Shown: positions 28,736-39,205 of the stretch, in pieces
Layout of the letters: each line of letters begins with the position of its first letter
Position numbering within the stretch: position 1 is the first letter of the stretch
NCBI GenBank assembly: GCA_016839785.1
Contig: JAEOTQ010000114.1
Coordinates: forward strand, 1-52,303
DNA length: 52,303 nucleotides
Origin: Candidatus Hodarchaeota archaeon
Lineage (GTDB): Archaea > Asgardarchaeota > Heimdallarchaeia > Hodarchaeales > Hodarchaeaceae
Direction: 5' to 3'
Position numbers and translations under genes: made by a program
The notes under the pieces: generated by a model
Databases searched by the model: none
Told to the model about the DNA's origin: nothing
Seen by the model: only the letters and a program-made list of their open reading frames with translations

Positions 28736-29143
28736 TTGCGCAGGGACAATACTCATTATTTCATTTATCCAGAATATTTTGATAAATCACTTAAACGTAG
28801 CGAAGGAAGAAGATTACCCATTGTTGATTCAGTGGAAAATCCTTCGCTATTAGAAATTCGATTAGCGGCAGAAAAATTAGGTCTTGATTACGAAATTAGA
28901 GAATCTGGAAGCTATCCACGCCAATGGTGGGATCCAAAAGGACTGATTCTCGTTGAGAAAAAGGAATCGAAATTAAAAACGATACGGAAGATAAGTTTTG
29001 AAATCGAGAAGAATATCAAACCTGCCCTTGAGAAGAAAAGAAAAGAGGTCAAAGAAGCGAAAAAGAAAAAAACTTCCAGACCCAAAATTACAGCTTCGAT
29101 GAAGAAAACACAGTCAGAATTTCGTCCAAAACGACGAAGATAA
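28736..29143 (+). CDS. srp19: Signal recognition particle protein SRP19
   Basis: IYPEYFD...RSEGRR, YPRQWW...G.ILV. Confidence 0.93.
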   Translation: MRRDNTHYFIYPEYFDKSLKRSEGRRLPIVDSVENPSLLEIRLAAEKLGLDYEIRESGSYPRQWWDPKGLILVEKKESKLKTIRKISFEIEKNIKPALEKKRKEVKEAKKKKTSRPKITASMKKTQSEFRPKRRR

Positions 29144-29277
29144 GAACAGTGCTTCGAAATTTCAAAATTAATTAACTCTAAAAGCCTTCATAGGTTCCGT
29201 ATGAAACAAATATTTCAAACTTTTAAGTAACGACAAAGGTTTCAGCAATGTATGCATTTTGTTGAGGGGAGGTTAGA

Positions 29278-29919
29278 ATGAGAAAAAGACGTGATGTATA
29301 TACGAAACGAGCAAAACAGGAGGGCCATCGGAGCCGTGCATATTACAAGCTGCAACAATTAGACAGGAAATACAAGATTTTTCATCCCAAACAATTAATC
29401 ATCGATCTTTGTGGAGCACCTGGTGGGTTTTCTCAAGTAGCTCGAGATTGTACAAATGGAAACGTATCCATAATTCTAGTAGATCTTGCTAGAATAAAAC
29501 CCATGCCTGGAATCAATAATATAATAAAAGGAGATATCACTGACCAATCCACGGTGCTGAAAATTCGTGAAGTAGTAGAGAGAAATCGATCCATTCATAA
29601 AGAAATTGTCGTTCTTGCTGATTGTTCACCAAATGTCTCGGGAAATTGGTCAACAGACCAAGCTATCCAAATATGGTTATCTGAGGTTGCACTTGGAATT
29701 TCCAATTATTTTATTGCAGCTAAGTTTGTATCCAAGGCGTTTCAAGGAGAAACATTCAATAAATTCATTGAAGAAGTGAAGACATATTATGAGGATGTAA
29801 AAATCAGAAAACCACGATCCTCAAGGAGAACCAGTGCAGAAGTCTATGTCATCGCGCAGAAGAGACGGGATTTAGAATTGAAATTATATGATTCAAATTC
29901 ACTCCTCGCTGATGAATGA
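29278..29919 (+). CDS. rlmE: 23S rRNA 2'-O-methyltransferase RlmE/FtsJ
   Basis: RSRAYYKL, DLCGAPGGFSQ, GDIT, DCSPNVSG, KPRSSR..SAEVY. Confidence 0.93.
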   Translation: MRKRRDVYTKRAKQEGHRSRAYYKLQQLDRKYKIFHPKQLIIDLCGAPGGFSQVARDCTNGNVSIILVDLARIKPMPGINNIIKGDITDQSTVLKIREVVERNRSIHKEIVVLADCSPNVSGNWSTDQAIQIWLSEVALGISNYFIAAKFVSKAFQGETFNKFIEEVKTYYEDVKIRKPRSSRRTSAEVYVIAQKRRDLELKLYDSNSLLADE

Positions 29920-29927
29920 GATAATAA

Positions 29928-31115
29928 GTGATGCAAATGAACCTTTCTAAGATCATCGAAGGAGGAAAAGATTATTATGTGCCCTCTCCAATTATTGATA
30001 GCACAGTTCCTCGAAAGTCAGATGATGTATTTTTTAATCCACACCAAAAGATTAATCGTGATCTTTCTGTTTTAGTGCTGAGAACTTATGCCAAGATAGA
30101 AAATAAAAATGACATAGCGATTTGTGAACCCTTTGGAGGAGTGGGTGTTAGGACTTGTCGTTATGCAGTGGAAGTTCCCTCTTCTACTATATATTACAAT
30201 GATGTTAATCCAAAAGCGTTCAGAATTGCGATGCACAATTTTTCTTTATTGCCAAAGCTCGAAAGAAATAAAGTATCTACATACAATAAGGAATTTACAG
30301 ACTTTTTGAATTCCTTATATCTTGATCAACCTATTATGGATTTTGTGGATATTGATCCTTATGGGACACCTATTCCATTTGTCCATCGAAGTCTTAAATT
30401 CGTTACGCTACAGGGATTACTTGCTTTCACAGCAACGGATTTAGCAAGTCTTTCAGGATTATATCCTAGGGCTATGTATGCAAAGTATGGTATTGGAATA
30501 TTTGAGGATCGGATAGGAAATGTTCATGAACTTGCTGCGCGTTCCTTAATCACTGGGATCCAACGAATTGGCTTGAATCAAAACCAATCTTTAATTCCAG
30601 TATTTACATTTTATTACCGACACTTTATTCGTACATTTATGATTAGAGTCCGAGGGGTTGATAGAGTCCTTGATCAAACAGGATTTCTCTGCAGATGTCA
30701 AAAATGTTCAACGATATTTCAAACACCACTTACACCTAAAGAGATACTATGTTCTTTCTGTGAAAGCAACCAAATTTTGAAAGTCGGTCCATTATATCTG
30801 GGCAAACTCCATAAAGATACATACTTATCATCTCTCAAGGATGAACCCCATATTAAAGCAATTAATGACACTAAAAGCATATTGAAAATTATTAATTTAA
30901 TAAATGAAGAAAACAAATTAAATATTCCTTGGTCTTACGATTTACCGACCGTAGCAAAAATAGTAAGTAAGCCTATTCCCCCCATGGACTTTATAATAGA
31001 GAAACTTAGTGAAATAGGATATAAATGTTATAATACTCATTACTCAGGTGTCAGTTTGAAAACAGATGCCAAATTCAGTGACCTTTGCAGTATTATTAGA
31101 AAAGCGAATGACTAA
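29928..31115 (+). CDS. trm1: tRNA (guanine26-N2)-dimethyltransferase
   Basis: VFFNP...NRDLSV, GVRTCRY, DIDPYGTP, TATD, zinc finger, GPLYLG, THY...LKTDA. Confidence 0.93.
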   Translation: MMQMNLSKIIEGGKDYYVPSPIIDSTVPRKSDDVFFNPHQKINRDLSVLVLRTYAKIENKNDIAICEPFGGVGVRTCRYAVEVPSSTIYYNDVNPKAFRIAMHNFSLLPKLERNKVSTYNKEFTDFLNSLYLDQPIMDFVDIDPYGTPIPFVHRSLKFVTLQGLLAFTATDLASLSGLYPRAMYAKYGIGIFEDRIGNVHELAARSLITGIQRIGLNQNQSLIPVFTFYYRHFIRTFMIRVRGVDRVLDQTGFLCRCQKCSTIFQTPLTPKEILCSFCESNQILKVGPLYLGKLHKDTYLSSLKDEPHIKAINDTKSILKIINLINEENKLNIPWSYDLPTVAKIVSKPIPPMDFIIEKLSEIGYKCYNTHYSGVSLKTDAKFSDLCSIIRKAND

Positions 31116-31229
31116 TGGGAATTTGAAATCTTCCGAAAAAAGATTTATTCTTAATTCAAAATTCTCCATTCGGAAAAAGAATAACGTGTAATTCCATTAA
31201 TGTATGGATAAAAAGATTGGTAATATATC

Positions 31230-31342
31230 AGGGACGTAGTCTAGCATGGTTTTAATTGTTTTCTGGAATAACACAGAATCAATGACTAGATGATTCTTGG
31301 TTTGGGACCAAGAGGTCGCGGGTTCGAATCCCGTCGTCCCTA
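31230..31342 (+). tRNA. tRNA-Pro(TGG) with ~36-nt non-canonical intron in the D-loop (~31254-31289)
   Basis: AGGGACG/CGTCCCT acceptor, CTTGG-TT-TGG-GA-CCAAG, GCGGG-TTCGAAT-CCCGT; extra hairpin-forming sequence after the D-loop GG. Confidence 0.9.
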
Positions 31343-31411
31343 CTTTTCTTATTCGGTTTAATGTTTTCTTATTAAATAAAAGAATGCTATTCACTTTGGA
31401 TCGCGTATATC

Positions 31412-32287
31412 ATGCAAGATTTATCAATGAAGGGAAAGATTTGTATGATCACTGGCGCAAATAGTGGAATAGGGAAAATTACAGCTCTTGAACTTGGTAA
31501 ATTAGGAAGCCATATCATAATGGTCTGTCGGGATCAGGAAAAAGGAAGAATAGCCCAAAAAGAGCTTATGGAGGAAACAGGCAATCCAGATATCGATCTA
31601 TACCTTGCAGATTTAGCTTCCCAATCCTCTATCAAATCTTTTGTTAGAAAATTTCAGGAAAAGTATAACGAGTTACACATCCTAATAAATAATGCAGGGA
31701 CTATAACAAAAAAGTGGATTGCAACAGAGGATGGGATTGAAAGGACTTTTGCTGTTAATCATCTTGCCCCTTTTCTCTTAACAAATCTTCTTCTCGATCT
31801 CTTAATGAAAGGAGCTCCTTCGAGAATCATTACAGTCAGTTCAGGTATGCATTATTCAAAACCTATTAACTTCAATGATATTCAATCAAAAAGAAAGTAT
31901 AAGAATATGAAAGCATACTCAATCTCAAAACTAGCGAATATCCTTTTCACGTATGAACTCCATAATCGCTTACAAACCTCTGGAAAATTGGGGATTACTG
32001 CAAATGTTGTTCATCCAGGCTTCACTCGAACTAGTTTTGGGAAAGAGGGACTTTCTTTATTACAGCGGATTGGATTAATGGCAATTCATCCTATAATGGC
32101 AGTTTCTCCCAAAATCGGGGCAGAAACATCTATCTATTTAGCTTCCTCTCCAGAGATAAGAAACACCAGTGGCAAATATTTTGTCAAAAAAGAAATAGTA
32201 AAGTCCACTCAAATATCTTATGATCGTGAGAGTCAGAAACATTTATGGAATGTCAGTGAAAAGATGACTGGACTTACAACCATCTGA
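31412..32287 (+). CDS. Short-chain dehydrogenase/reductase (retinol-dehydrogenase-like)
   Basis: TGANSGIG, NNAG, VNHLAPF, YSISK, HPG. Confidence 0.93.
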   Translation: MQDLSMKGKICMITGANSGIGKITALELGKLGSHIIMVCRDQEKGRIAQKELMEETGNPDIDLYLADLASQSSIKSFVRKFQEKYNELHILINNAGTITKKWIATEDGIERTFAVNHLAPFLLTNLLLDLLMKGAPSRIITVSSGMHYSKPINFNDIQSKRKYKNMKAYSISKLANILFTYELHNRLQTSGKLGITANVVHPGFTRTSFGKEGLSLLQRIGLMAIHPIMAVSPKIGAETSIYLASSPEIRNTSGKYFVKKEIVKSTQISYDRESQKHLWNVSEKMTGLTTI

Positions 32288-32305
32288 GAAAGATCTAAAA
32301 TAATC

Positions 32306-34450
32306 TCATTCTTTGAGCTCGCCTAAGATTTCTTCACTTAGAGCCTTAGGAGAAGGAAATCTAATCCTGTTGACATAGAGCTCTTGTCGTTGTACAGTTT
32401 CTTCTTGGACTTCCTGAGTACGTAATTGGACACGTCCATTTATTTGAACCGTCTTTCCTTCAGATTGAAGTTGCATTTCCTCAAATATTTGGTCATCAGT
32501 CTTGCCTTCCTCAACCATTTGCTTAATATCATCACTTTTAAAGCCAGTTAGTATTTCACCTGATTTTCCAAAAAAAGTTACCTTAATTGTGCCAGTTCCG
32601 TCGTCTAATAATCCACTTACTCTCAATCGTACGGTTGGATCTACTTTTCCATGTTCTCTACAGTTCCATTCTTCCTCTCCTTCAGATTGGTCGACTTTCT
32701 TTTTGCATATTGAACACCCCCAATAATATGGGGATTGTTGGAATAATCTGATCACTTTTCCTATCACTTCGATAGTGTCACCATCGGCCTCATTTGATAA
32801 TTCAGCTAGATGAGTCTTAATATAATCGTTGGAGGATTGACCAGTATCAGGCATTCGCTGCTTCCTTTCGATCTTGAGTAGTTCGGAAGGAATTTCACTA
32901 TATTCTTGTACATCACTCTGAAAATTCAGATGAATTTCTATGCGGCCCTCCTGGTTTTCACGAATTCCACCATATAAGACTTTAACGTATTGAGTGGTCT
33001 CAGAGTCTAAACCGTCTAGCTTTTCGACATTATCATTCCAAGCAACGATTCTAGTGGTTTCTGAACCATCTTCTAAGGTTAAAGAGCGTACTTTTCCAGG
33101 AGAGCCATCAGATCGATTGAATTCTCTAATCTCTGAAAGGTCCTGTACCAAACCTTGAACACATGCAACACCTTTCTCAGGAACTAATAAAGCAATATCA
33201 GTCAGGGGTGGGTCTCCAATATCTTCATCAACTTCTAAAATTCTTGTATTCGTAGTAGTATGAAGTTCTATGGTGTTATATTTGGATAATGAAACACGAA
33301 GGTTCTCTATCAGAATAGATTGATCTTGAAAGGCGTCAAATTCAGAATTCGCATCATTCCAAAGTACGATAGTAGCTACTCCTGTGTTATCAAATATAAA
33401 TCCGCGACATACACTACCAGTTGATCCATCTTTACGAGAAAACTCACGAATAGCACTTACTGGGCCTTTCTTCACGTTAACTGACACGTAAGTATCCTGA
33501 GAGTTAATTGCATCAATATCTTTCATTGCAGTACCTTGTTGTATCTCTTCTTGTTCAGGAAGAGTAGATTCCTCTAAAGGTGGTAAGGTTTTATGTCCAA
33601 TTTTAGTGACGTAAGTAGAACGAGTAGAATGAAGTTCTGGGTTTCCATCGCGATCAAGTTTAACGTTAACCCCCTGAATTAAGAGTTCATCCCCACGAGT
33701 GAAATTAAAAGCTTCTTCTGCTCTTTGATCCCAAAAAACAATTCTTCTGCTAATCTGTGTACCTTTTATATGCACGTTAGCCACACGCCCTTCTGTTCCA
33801 TCAGCTCTACTGAATGTAACCAGTCGACCAAGTTTAATAACAGTTCCTTTCGTGTCTATTTCCATAATTTCTTCGTCTAAAACATCAAGATCAATTATCT
33901 CATTATCGGGATCTGGATATGTATCATTCTTTACATCCGTTAGTATATTAACAAATCCACGATCACCTATATGAAGTTCTAAGTTTCCAGATCTTCCTAA
34001 TTTTGTATATCCTTGCTTTAAATTAATTACAGATCCCCGACGAAGGTGGTTTTCAGCTATCTGTTGAGCTTTTGTCCCCCAGAAAATTGTTCTAATACTA
34101 TCAGAGCCATCGTGTAATAGGATTGGCGCTAATAAGCCTTTTCCCGCCTCGCGTGAAAATTCTATTGGGTGGTAAACCCGAAGAATGATACCTGTTATAT
34201 TAACTCCCGATAGTCCAGGTTCCATCTGTTTTAAACTCTTAATTGTTAATTCAGGTCTTTTTTTGGTGTCAGGCCTTCCTAATGGAACCTCGTAATCTTT
34301 AGCTATAATATGAGCAGCAGCGATATCGTTAATCAGAAATTCGAGTTCTTCCTTTTTTTTGTCAATTTTCTGTTTAATATCAGCTCTCGAGAGCCCTGTA
34401 TGTTGAGAAATTTTCTGAACCAAATCTTCGATGTTTGTCACAATATTCAA
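32306..34450 (-). CDS. rpa: Replication protein A large subunit (multiple OB folds plus Zn-finger OB)
   Basis: Four repeats of FSRxDG...(D)...W-type OB folds; C-terminal CSICKKKV...CREHG and LDDGTG. Confidence 0.9.
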   Translation of the reverse strand: MNIVTNIEDLVQKISQHTGLSRADIKQKIDKKKEELEFLINDIAAAHIIAKDYEVPLGRPDTKKRPELTIKSLKQMEPGLSGVNITGIILRVYHPIEFSREAGKGLLAPILLHDGSDSIRTIFWGTKAQQIAENHLRRGSVINLKQGYTKLGRSGNLELHIGDRGFVNILTDVKNDTYPDPDNEIIDLDVLDEEIMEIDTKGTVIKLGRLVTFSRADGTEGRVANVHIKGTQISRRIVFWDQRAEEAFNFTRGDELLIQGVNVKLDRDGNPELHSTRSTYVTKIGHKTLPPLEESTLPEQEEIQQGTAMKDIDAINSQDTYVSVNVKKGPVSAIREFSRKDGSTGSVCRGFIFDNTGVATIVLWNDANSEFDAFQDQSILIENLRVSLSKYNTIELHTTTNTRILEVDEDIGDPPLTDIALLVPEKGVACVQGLVQDLSEIREFNRSDGSPGKVRSLTLEDGSETTRIVAWNDNVEKLDGLDSETTQYVKVLYGGIRENQEGRIEIHLNFQSDVQEYSEIPSELLKIERKQRMPDTGQSSNDYIKTHLAELSNEADGDTIEVIGKVIRLFQQSPYYWGCSICKKKVDQSEGEEEWNCREHGKVDPTVRLRVSGLLDDGTGTIKVTFFGKSGEILTGFKSDDIKQMVEEGKTDDQIFEEMQLQSEGKTVQINGRVQLRTQEVQEETVQRQELYVNRIRFPSPKALSEEILGELKE

Positions 34451-34693
34451 ATCCTACTTTTTCTGAATGACAAATATAACCTGTTTTAAGGGGTTCTTGG
34501 ATAAATTACACCCTTAACCAAGGAATTATAATTAAATTATACGAATTACTGTTAGAGTAATTTCCTTTCCTAATCTATTCGTCATAATATATTCTGGACG
34601 GAGCTTATATATTCATAAAAAATGAATACGAGTGATAAAAGGGCAACAATACTACAAACTATGATCTTTGTGTAAATGCTAAATGAGTTTATC

Positions 34694-35287
34694 TCACCAG
34701 TTTTGATATTTAACACCCAATTGATCTACAATCAGTTGACGAACCATATTGCGAAAATCACGACATCCATCCTTTGTTTTAAAGGATGTAGGGAAAATTT
34801 CAACCTTAGGAAGAGAATAAGTAGCCAGAATATCAACGTTTTTGTTAAATAGAGAAGTATTAACTTTATCTATTTTGTTCATTAGGACAATAGGAGGTTT
34901 TTTTGTCGTTTCCTCTAGAAATTGGATCATCTCAATGTCTATTGGAATTATTCCTTTTTTTTCCAGACTTTCCGTAACGATATGAAAAGTCGAAGAATCA
35001 ATCACATGAATCCCAAACATAATGAAGTTGTTTGGATCCTCTAAAAATTGAACAATTTGATCTTTGATTTTATCTTCAAGGGATTTTGATCTTTTTGCAA
35101 TCCTTCCGAAACCAGGTAAATCTACCAAGAATACATCATTAATTAATCGTATAGGGGTTATACGTAATGTGGTACCAGCTTTTTTTCCTACTGGTCGTTT
35201 GGTGTGAGCCAAAAAATTAATTACCGTTGTTTTACCAGCATTAGGTCGACCTGTCACTGGAATATTGTTGAATTTTTTCATAATCAA
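34694..35287 (-). CDS. engB: EngB/YihA-like GTP-binding protein
   Basis: GRPNAGKTT, GKKAGTT, DLPGFG, NKIDK. Confidence 0.88.
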   Translation of the reverse strand: MIMKKFNNIPVTGRPNAGKTTVINFLAHTKRPVGKKAGTTLRITPIRLINDVFLVDLPGFGRIAKRSKSLEDKIKDQIVQFLEDPNNFIMFGIHVIDSSTFHIVTESLEKKGIIPIDIEMIQFLEETTKKPPIVLMNKIDKVNTSLFNKNVDILATYSLPKVEIFPTSFKTKDGCRDFRNMVRQLIVDQLGVKYQNW

Positions 35288-35925
35288 AACTTTAACAATG
35301 AAGTCAGTATTATACCCGATATGATTGGAACTGTAAGATTATCATTAAGTTTATCGCCAGTAGTTAACTCTATAATGGCTGAAAGAATGCAAACAAGAAA
35401 ATTTACAACCAGAAAATAACCCTTATTGACTTCTGACGGTTCTTTAATAATGAACAAATCAATAATAGGTGTAACTTCTGGATTTATAGCGACTAGAAAG
35501 AATAGCAATGAGCTAGTAATGAAGGCAGCAATCAGGAAAGCTAAAAATCCTTCTGCACTTTTATTCTGAAAACGTTGATATCTATGTTTACCAAACCTGG
35601 ATCCAATTATATTAGCAAAACCATCTCCGAAAGCCATTATACAAAATACTGATGCCGCTATTCTTAAGTCTAAAAAAGTGACTGAAACAAAAACCATGAG
35701 GATATAAAGAAGAGGGCCATATAAGTACCCAGTTCTAACATCTCTTTCACGTGAAGCCATTGCTTCAAAACCTCGATTCCACATGGTTGGACGAGCGACT
35801 ACTATTATAAAAAATAACGCAACCAAAGTTATTAAAATTAGCAACAAACGAGGAAATACAGCTATTAAAGGAGTTAAGAAACCAAATCCAATATGGATAA
35901 CTTTTCTTTTAGTTTCTTGATCCAT
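35284..35925 (-). CDS. CTP-dependent polyprenol/diacylglycerol kinase family (SEC59/DGK1/VTE5-like) membrane protein
   Basis: RKVIHI, GDGFANIIG..FG, KSAEG, DNLTVP. Confidence 0.85.
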   Translation of the reverse strand: MDQETKRKVIHIGFGFLTPLIAVFPRLLLILITLVALFFIIVVARPTMWNRGFEAMASRERDVRTGYLYGPLLYILMVFVSVTFLDLRIAASVFCIMAFGDGFANIIGSRFGKHRYQRFQNKSAEGFLAFLIAAFITSSLLFFLVAINPEVTPIIDLFIIKEPSEVNKGYFLVVNFLVCILSAIIELTTGDKLNDNLTVPIISGIILTSLLKF

Positions 35926-35967
35926 CTAGATCATACCCATCGTTTAGAATCAGAAACCTTTCTGGTT

Positions 35968-36264
35968 CTATGATTCATCAGTAATATCTGATCCATCATC
36001 TGATAATGGGGATTCCTGTTCTTTCTCAGATTCTTCAACCAATGAATCCAACCAATCTCCAAAAACATCAACTCGTTCTTCGATAGGTCGGACGGGTCTG
36101 GTAGTTTGAATTTTACATTTTCCACAAAGAATTGCAGCAGTTCGAATTTTTCGATCGATGTCAATATTAATCGAATTTGTTGTGCCACAGATAGGACAAT
36201 CAAACACGGTTGGTAAGGATGGTATTGGTTTTGTTCTTACAATTCTTTTTCTCTTTCTTCCCAT
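35968..36264 (-). CDS. elf1: Transcription elongation factor Elf1
   Basis: MGRKRK...LPTVFDCPICG...CGKC...VDVFGDWLD. Confidence 0.92.
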   Translation of the reverse strand: MGRKRKRIVRTKPIPSLPTVFDCPICGTTNSINIDIDRKIRTAAILCGKCKIQTTRPVRPIEERVDVFGDWLDSLVEESEKEQESPLSDDGSDITDES

Positions 36265-36269
36265 ACAAT

Positions 36270-37442
36270 TTACTTCCTTCTGTCGCCTTTTGTGTGTTTC
36301 TGAATTTGACGAAGACGTCTCTCACGCTTCGTTTGTTTTGTAAGTCCCTTTTTCGACTCATCTTCAGGAGTTTCGACTAATTTTCCTTTAGTATCTTTGT
36401 CTTCTGTGACAACTTTCACTTTCAATACACTTACTTGTTGACCTGAACCAACCATGTACAAAGTTATCCCTCCAACTAAAAGTATTGCAGCTAATGTCAT
36501 TAATCCGAAAAGAAAGGGAAGATATAGATCAGTATTTGGTTTCTGAATATTTTCTTCCTGAATCTCGGTACTTAGCCAACTAATGATATTTCTCCACAGT
36601 TTTGAGTTATCCTCTGCTTCATACCATGAGGATCCTAAAAAAGGATCTTCAACATCACTAAACATGATAGTAGAACCCCCCATTGCTATCCGAGCATTGA
36701 ATGCTGCGGTGTTACCAGCGAGAGTAAAAATCGCAATACTAGTAGAGAATGCATGGGGATCTCCCAAGGGTGGATCAGCATATGCCTCTGTTGAGCCCTC
36801 TATCAAGACATCTCTTGCTGTGTCGATAGAGCAGCTTGAGGTAACAATCGTGCTGACATTCTCGTAATCTGAAAATATCTCATGTGTTGTGTCATTAATA
36901 TTAAGGATTAAATACTCAGGTTTTCCAGCATTGAGAAAATCATTTTTCACAATATCAGCTGGTTTAGGTGCGGCTGAGGATTCAATATCTGTCCAGAATC
37001 GAGCTGAAACTCCTAATTCATTCTCATTCAGCATATAATTTAGATAATCACCATGTCCATCCAGAGATTCATTTGTCTCAACAAGAGGATTTGCAAGGAG
37101 AAGCATTGATTTCTCTTCCAAGAGATAATCTCGGATGTAGATCCGTTCTTTAAATGTAATAGACTCTTGGGGATCAGTCATAATGAGAATATCTACCCCC
37201 TCAAAAGTGTATGAATTATAATCTTCGGTGTTAAATTCTACTTGCATTCCTAATTCTTCAAGATCGGAAAGCGCTTGACTATATAAAGTTCGATTAAAAT
37301 ATTGTCCGTGAGCTTCATCAAAGAGGATAAGAATTGGATCTTCTTCTGCGAAAACTGCACCATTAACTCCGACAACGAAGTTAAAACTCACTAAAAAGCA
37401 CAGGAGTGAACAGAATAATATATGTTTAATGCTAACTGACAA
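36270..37442 (-). CDS. Type I membrane protein with GIFT/GATase-like (DUF4350/IFT52/Wbp1-like) extracellular domain
   Basis: Signal peptide, ILFDEAHGQ, DILIMTDP, RIAMGGSTIMFSD...DNSKLWRNIISWL, one C-terminal TM, basic tail. Confidence 0.65.
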   Translation of the reverse strand: MSVSIKHILFCSLLCFLVSFNFVVGVNGAVFAEEDPILILFDEAHGQYFNRTLYSQALSDLEELGMQVEFNTEDYNSYTFEGVDILIMTDPQESITFKERIYIRDYLLEEKSMLLLANPLVETNESLDGHGDYLNYMLNENELGVSARFWTDIESSAAPKPADIVKNDFLNAGKPEYLILNINDTTHEIFSDYENVSTIVTSSCSIDTARDVLIEGSTEAYADPPLGDPHAFSTSIAIFTLAGNTAAFNARIAMGGSTIMFSDVEDPFLGSSWYEAEDNSKLWRNIISWLSTEIQEENIQKPNTDLYLPFLFGLMTLAAILLVGGITLYMVGSGQQVSVLKVKVVTEDKDTKGKLVETPEDESKKGLTKQTKRERRLRQIQKHTKGDRRK

Positions 37443-37691
37443 AGTCTTTTCCTCAACACCATAGTCACTACTAGATTTACTGAAACTAGCAATCTGGGTA
37501 GAATTTTCAAAAAAGAGGGAATTTGTGAATATCTTTTGTGTCTTTTTATTCCTCTTCTACCAGCAATCGAAGAACGATAATAACTAAAAACCTCAACGAA
37601 TTTCTTCCTACTTGGTTTAAGATAAGAAATAAAGGTAATTTTTTACTATTTATCAAATCTTGTTTGAATCACGTTAATTGGAGAAAAAATT

Positions 37692-38138
37692 ATGGTTTCC
37701 GCACAGATGGTCCCCAGTGAATTCTTGATAGAAGTCATTGCTGAGGAACTAAGATCGAATGATAAGATATTTCAGCCACCAACTTGGGCAGATTATGTAA
37801 AAACTGGAGTTTCAAGAGAAAATTCCCCAGAAAATAGAAAAGACTGGTGGCATACACGTGTAGCATCTATATTAAGGAAAATCTACATTAAAGGTCCAAT
37901 CGGAGTTATCCATCTCAAGAAATCATATGGGGCTCGAAAAAATAGGGGTAGTAAACCTGAAAGGTCAGAATCTGGATCTGGAGCTATTATCAGACTAGCT
38001 ATTCACCAACTTGAGAAAGCTGGATATGTGACAATTGTCAATACTAGTGGTAGGATAGTTACACCAGCTGGACGAAGTTTCGTTGATAAATTAGCAATGA
38101 AAGCAAAGGAAGAAGTACCAGAGCTAGCCAACTATTAA
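37692..38138 (+). CDS. rps19e: 30S ribosomal protein S19e (eS19)
   Basis: PTWADYVKTG, WWHTRVASILRKIY, GSGAIIR...QLE. Confidence 0.97.
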   Translation: MVSAQMVPSEFLIEVIAEELRSNDKIFQPPTWADYVKTGVSRENSPENRKDWWHTRVASILRKIYIKGPIGVIHLKKSYGARKNRGSKPERSESGSGAIIRLAIHQLEKAGYVTIVNTSGRIVTPAGRSFVDKLAMKAKEEVPELANY

Positions 38139-38265
38139 TCGAATGTCAATATTGCACAATAGATTATTTTCCAAGTGAAAAATGAGTCCTTGGATTTGTA
38201 AGTTCGTAACTCGTAAGATTTAATAAATCAATTTCTCAACATATAGTCAGAACGGGGTATAACCG

Positions 38266-38619
38266 ATGGTTGATGACGATCGTGAATTGGAAGAACTTCG
38301 GAAAAAACGTGCAAGTCAGCTTCAAAATGATCAAATAGAACAACAACAATTAGCGCAGCAACAAGAAGAACAACGTCGTCAAATTGAAAATCAACGACAG
38401 ATAATCTTGAAAGGAATAATGACTGATGAAGCACGTGAACGTCTAGGACGGATAAAATTAGCAAAACCTGATTATGCTACCTCACTAGAAAACCAATTAA
38501 TTCAACTTGCTTCAACTCGAAGAATTTCAGAAAAAATTACAGACGACCAGTTAAAATCTCTCCTTCAACAGATGACTAAATCTAAGAGAGAAAGTAAAAT
38601 TACTTTTAAAAGAAGGTAA
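38266..38619 (+). CDS. PDCD5-like DNA-binding protein
   Basis: ELEELRKKR, EARERL..IKLAKP, ENQLIQL, ITDDQLK; usual position after rps19e. Confidence 0.93.
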   Translation: MVDDDRELEELRKKRASQLQNDQIEQQQLAQQQEEQRRQIENQRQIILKGIMTDEARERLGRIKLAKPDYATSLENQLIQLASTRRISEKITDDQLKSLLQQMTKSKRESKITFKRR

Positions 38620-38630
38620 AGGGTTTTTAC

Positions 38631-39080
38631 ATGAGTACTATATCAAGTTTCTCTTGGACACGTATGGAGGGCATAGGATTAATCCTTACAGCACTAGGAA
38701 TAGCGATAATTTCTCAAATACCGTCAACTTTTTTCGTTCTGTATTGGTTAGAATTTGACCTTGATTCTTATTTGCTAACAATGACTGGTGTAGTTTTAGG
38801 CACAACTATTCTCTTGACAACAATTTCATGTTCACTTACAGAAGATTGGGATAAATCTAAATACCCCACACTGAAAACAATTATAAATACTTCGTTTATA
38901 CTGACTTTCCTCTTCATTTTTGGATTTTTCATATTTTTTGTATTACAACCAAGTTTTCCACCCGAAATGAGAGAACTAGATATAAATCAACGATACTTAG
39001 CAGCACAACTTCTAGGTTTGACCCTAATCGCCATTCTCATGGTGATCTTTTATAAGGGCAGAGCGTTCTTCAGCAGATAG
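38631..39080 (+). CDS. Hypothetical 4-TM membrane protein
   Basis: 149-aa ORF with four hydrophobic segments, 11 bp after the preceding gene. Confidence 0.6.
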   Translation: MSTISSFSWTRMEGIGLILTALGIAIISQIPSTFFVLYWLEFDLDSYLLTMTGVVLGTTILLTTISCSLTEDWDKSKYPTLKTIINTSFILTFLFIFGFFIFFVLQPSFPPEMRELDINQRYLAAQLLGLTLIAILMVIFYKGRAFFSR

Positions 39081-39205
39081 ATATAAGGAAATAATCCAGA
39101 TTTTTTGAAATCAGCGATTCTAGATCGCAAAAATCTGCAGGTATCTGTAACAATAAATTACGAAAAGGCATTTTGTATGAATATTTAGCTAGGAGAGGTA
39201 AATCT

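Noticed and set aside
31197-31394. 65-aa minus-strand ORF
   Set aside because: It is the antisense of tRNA-Pro.
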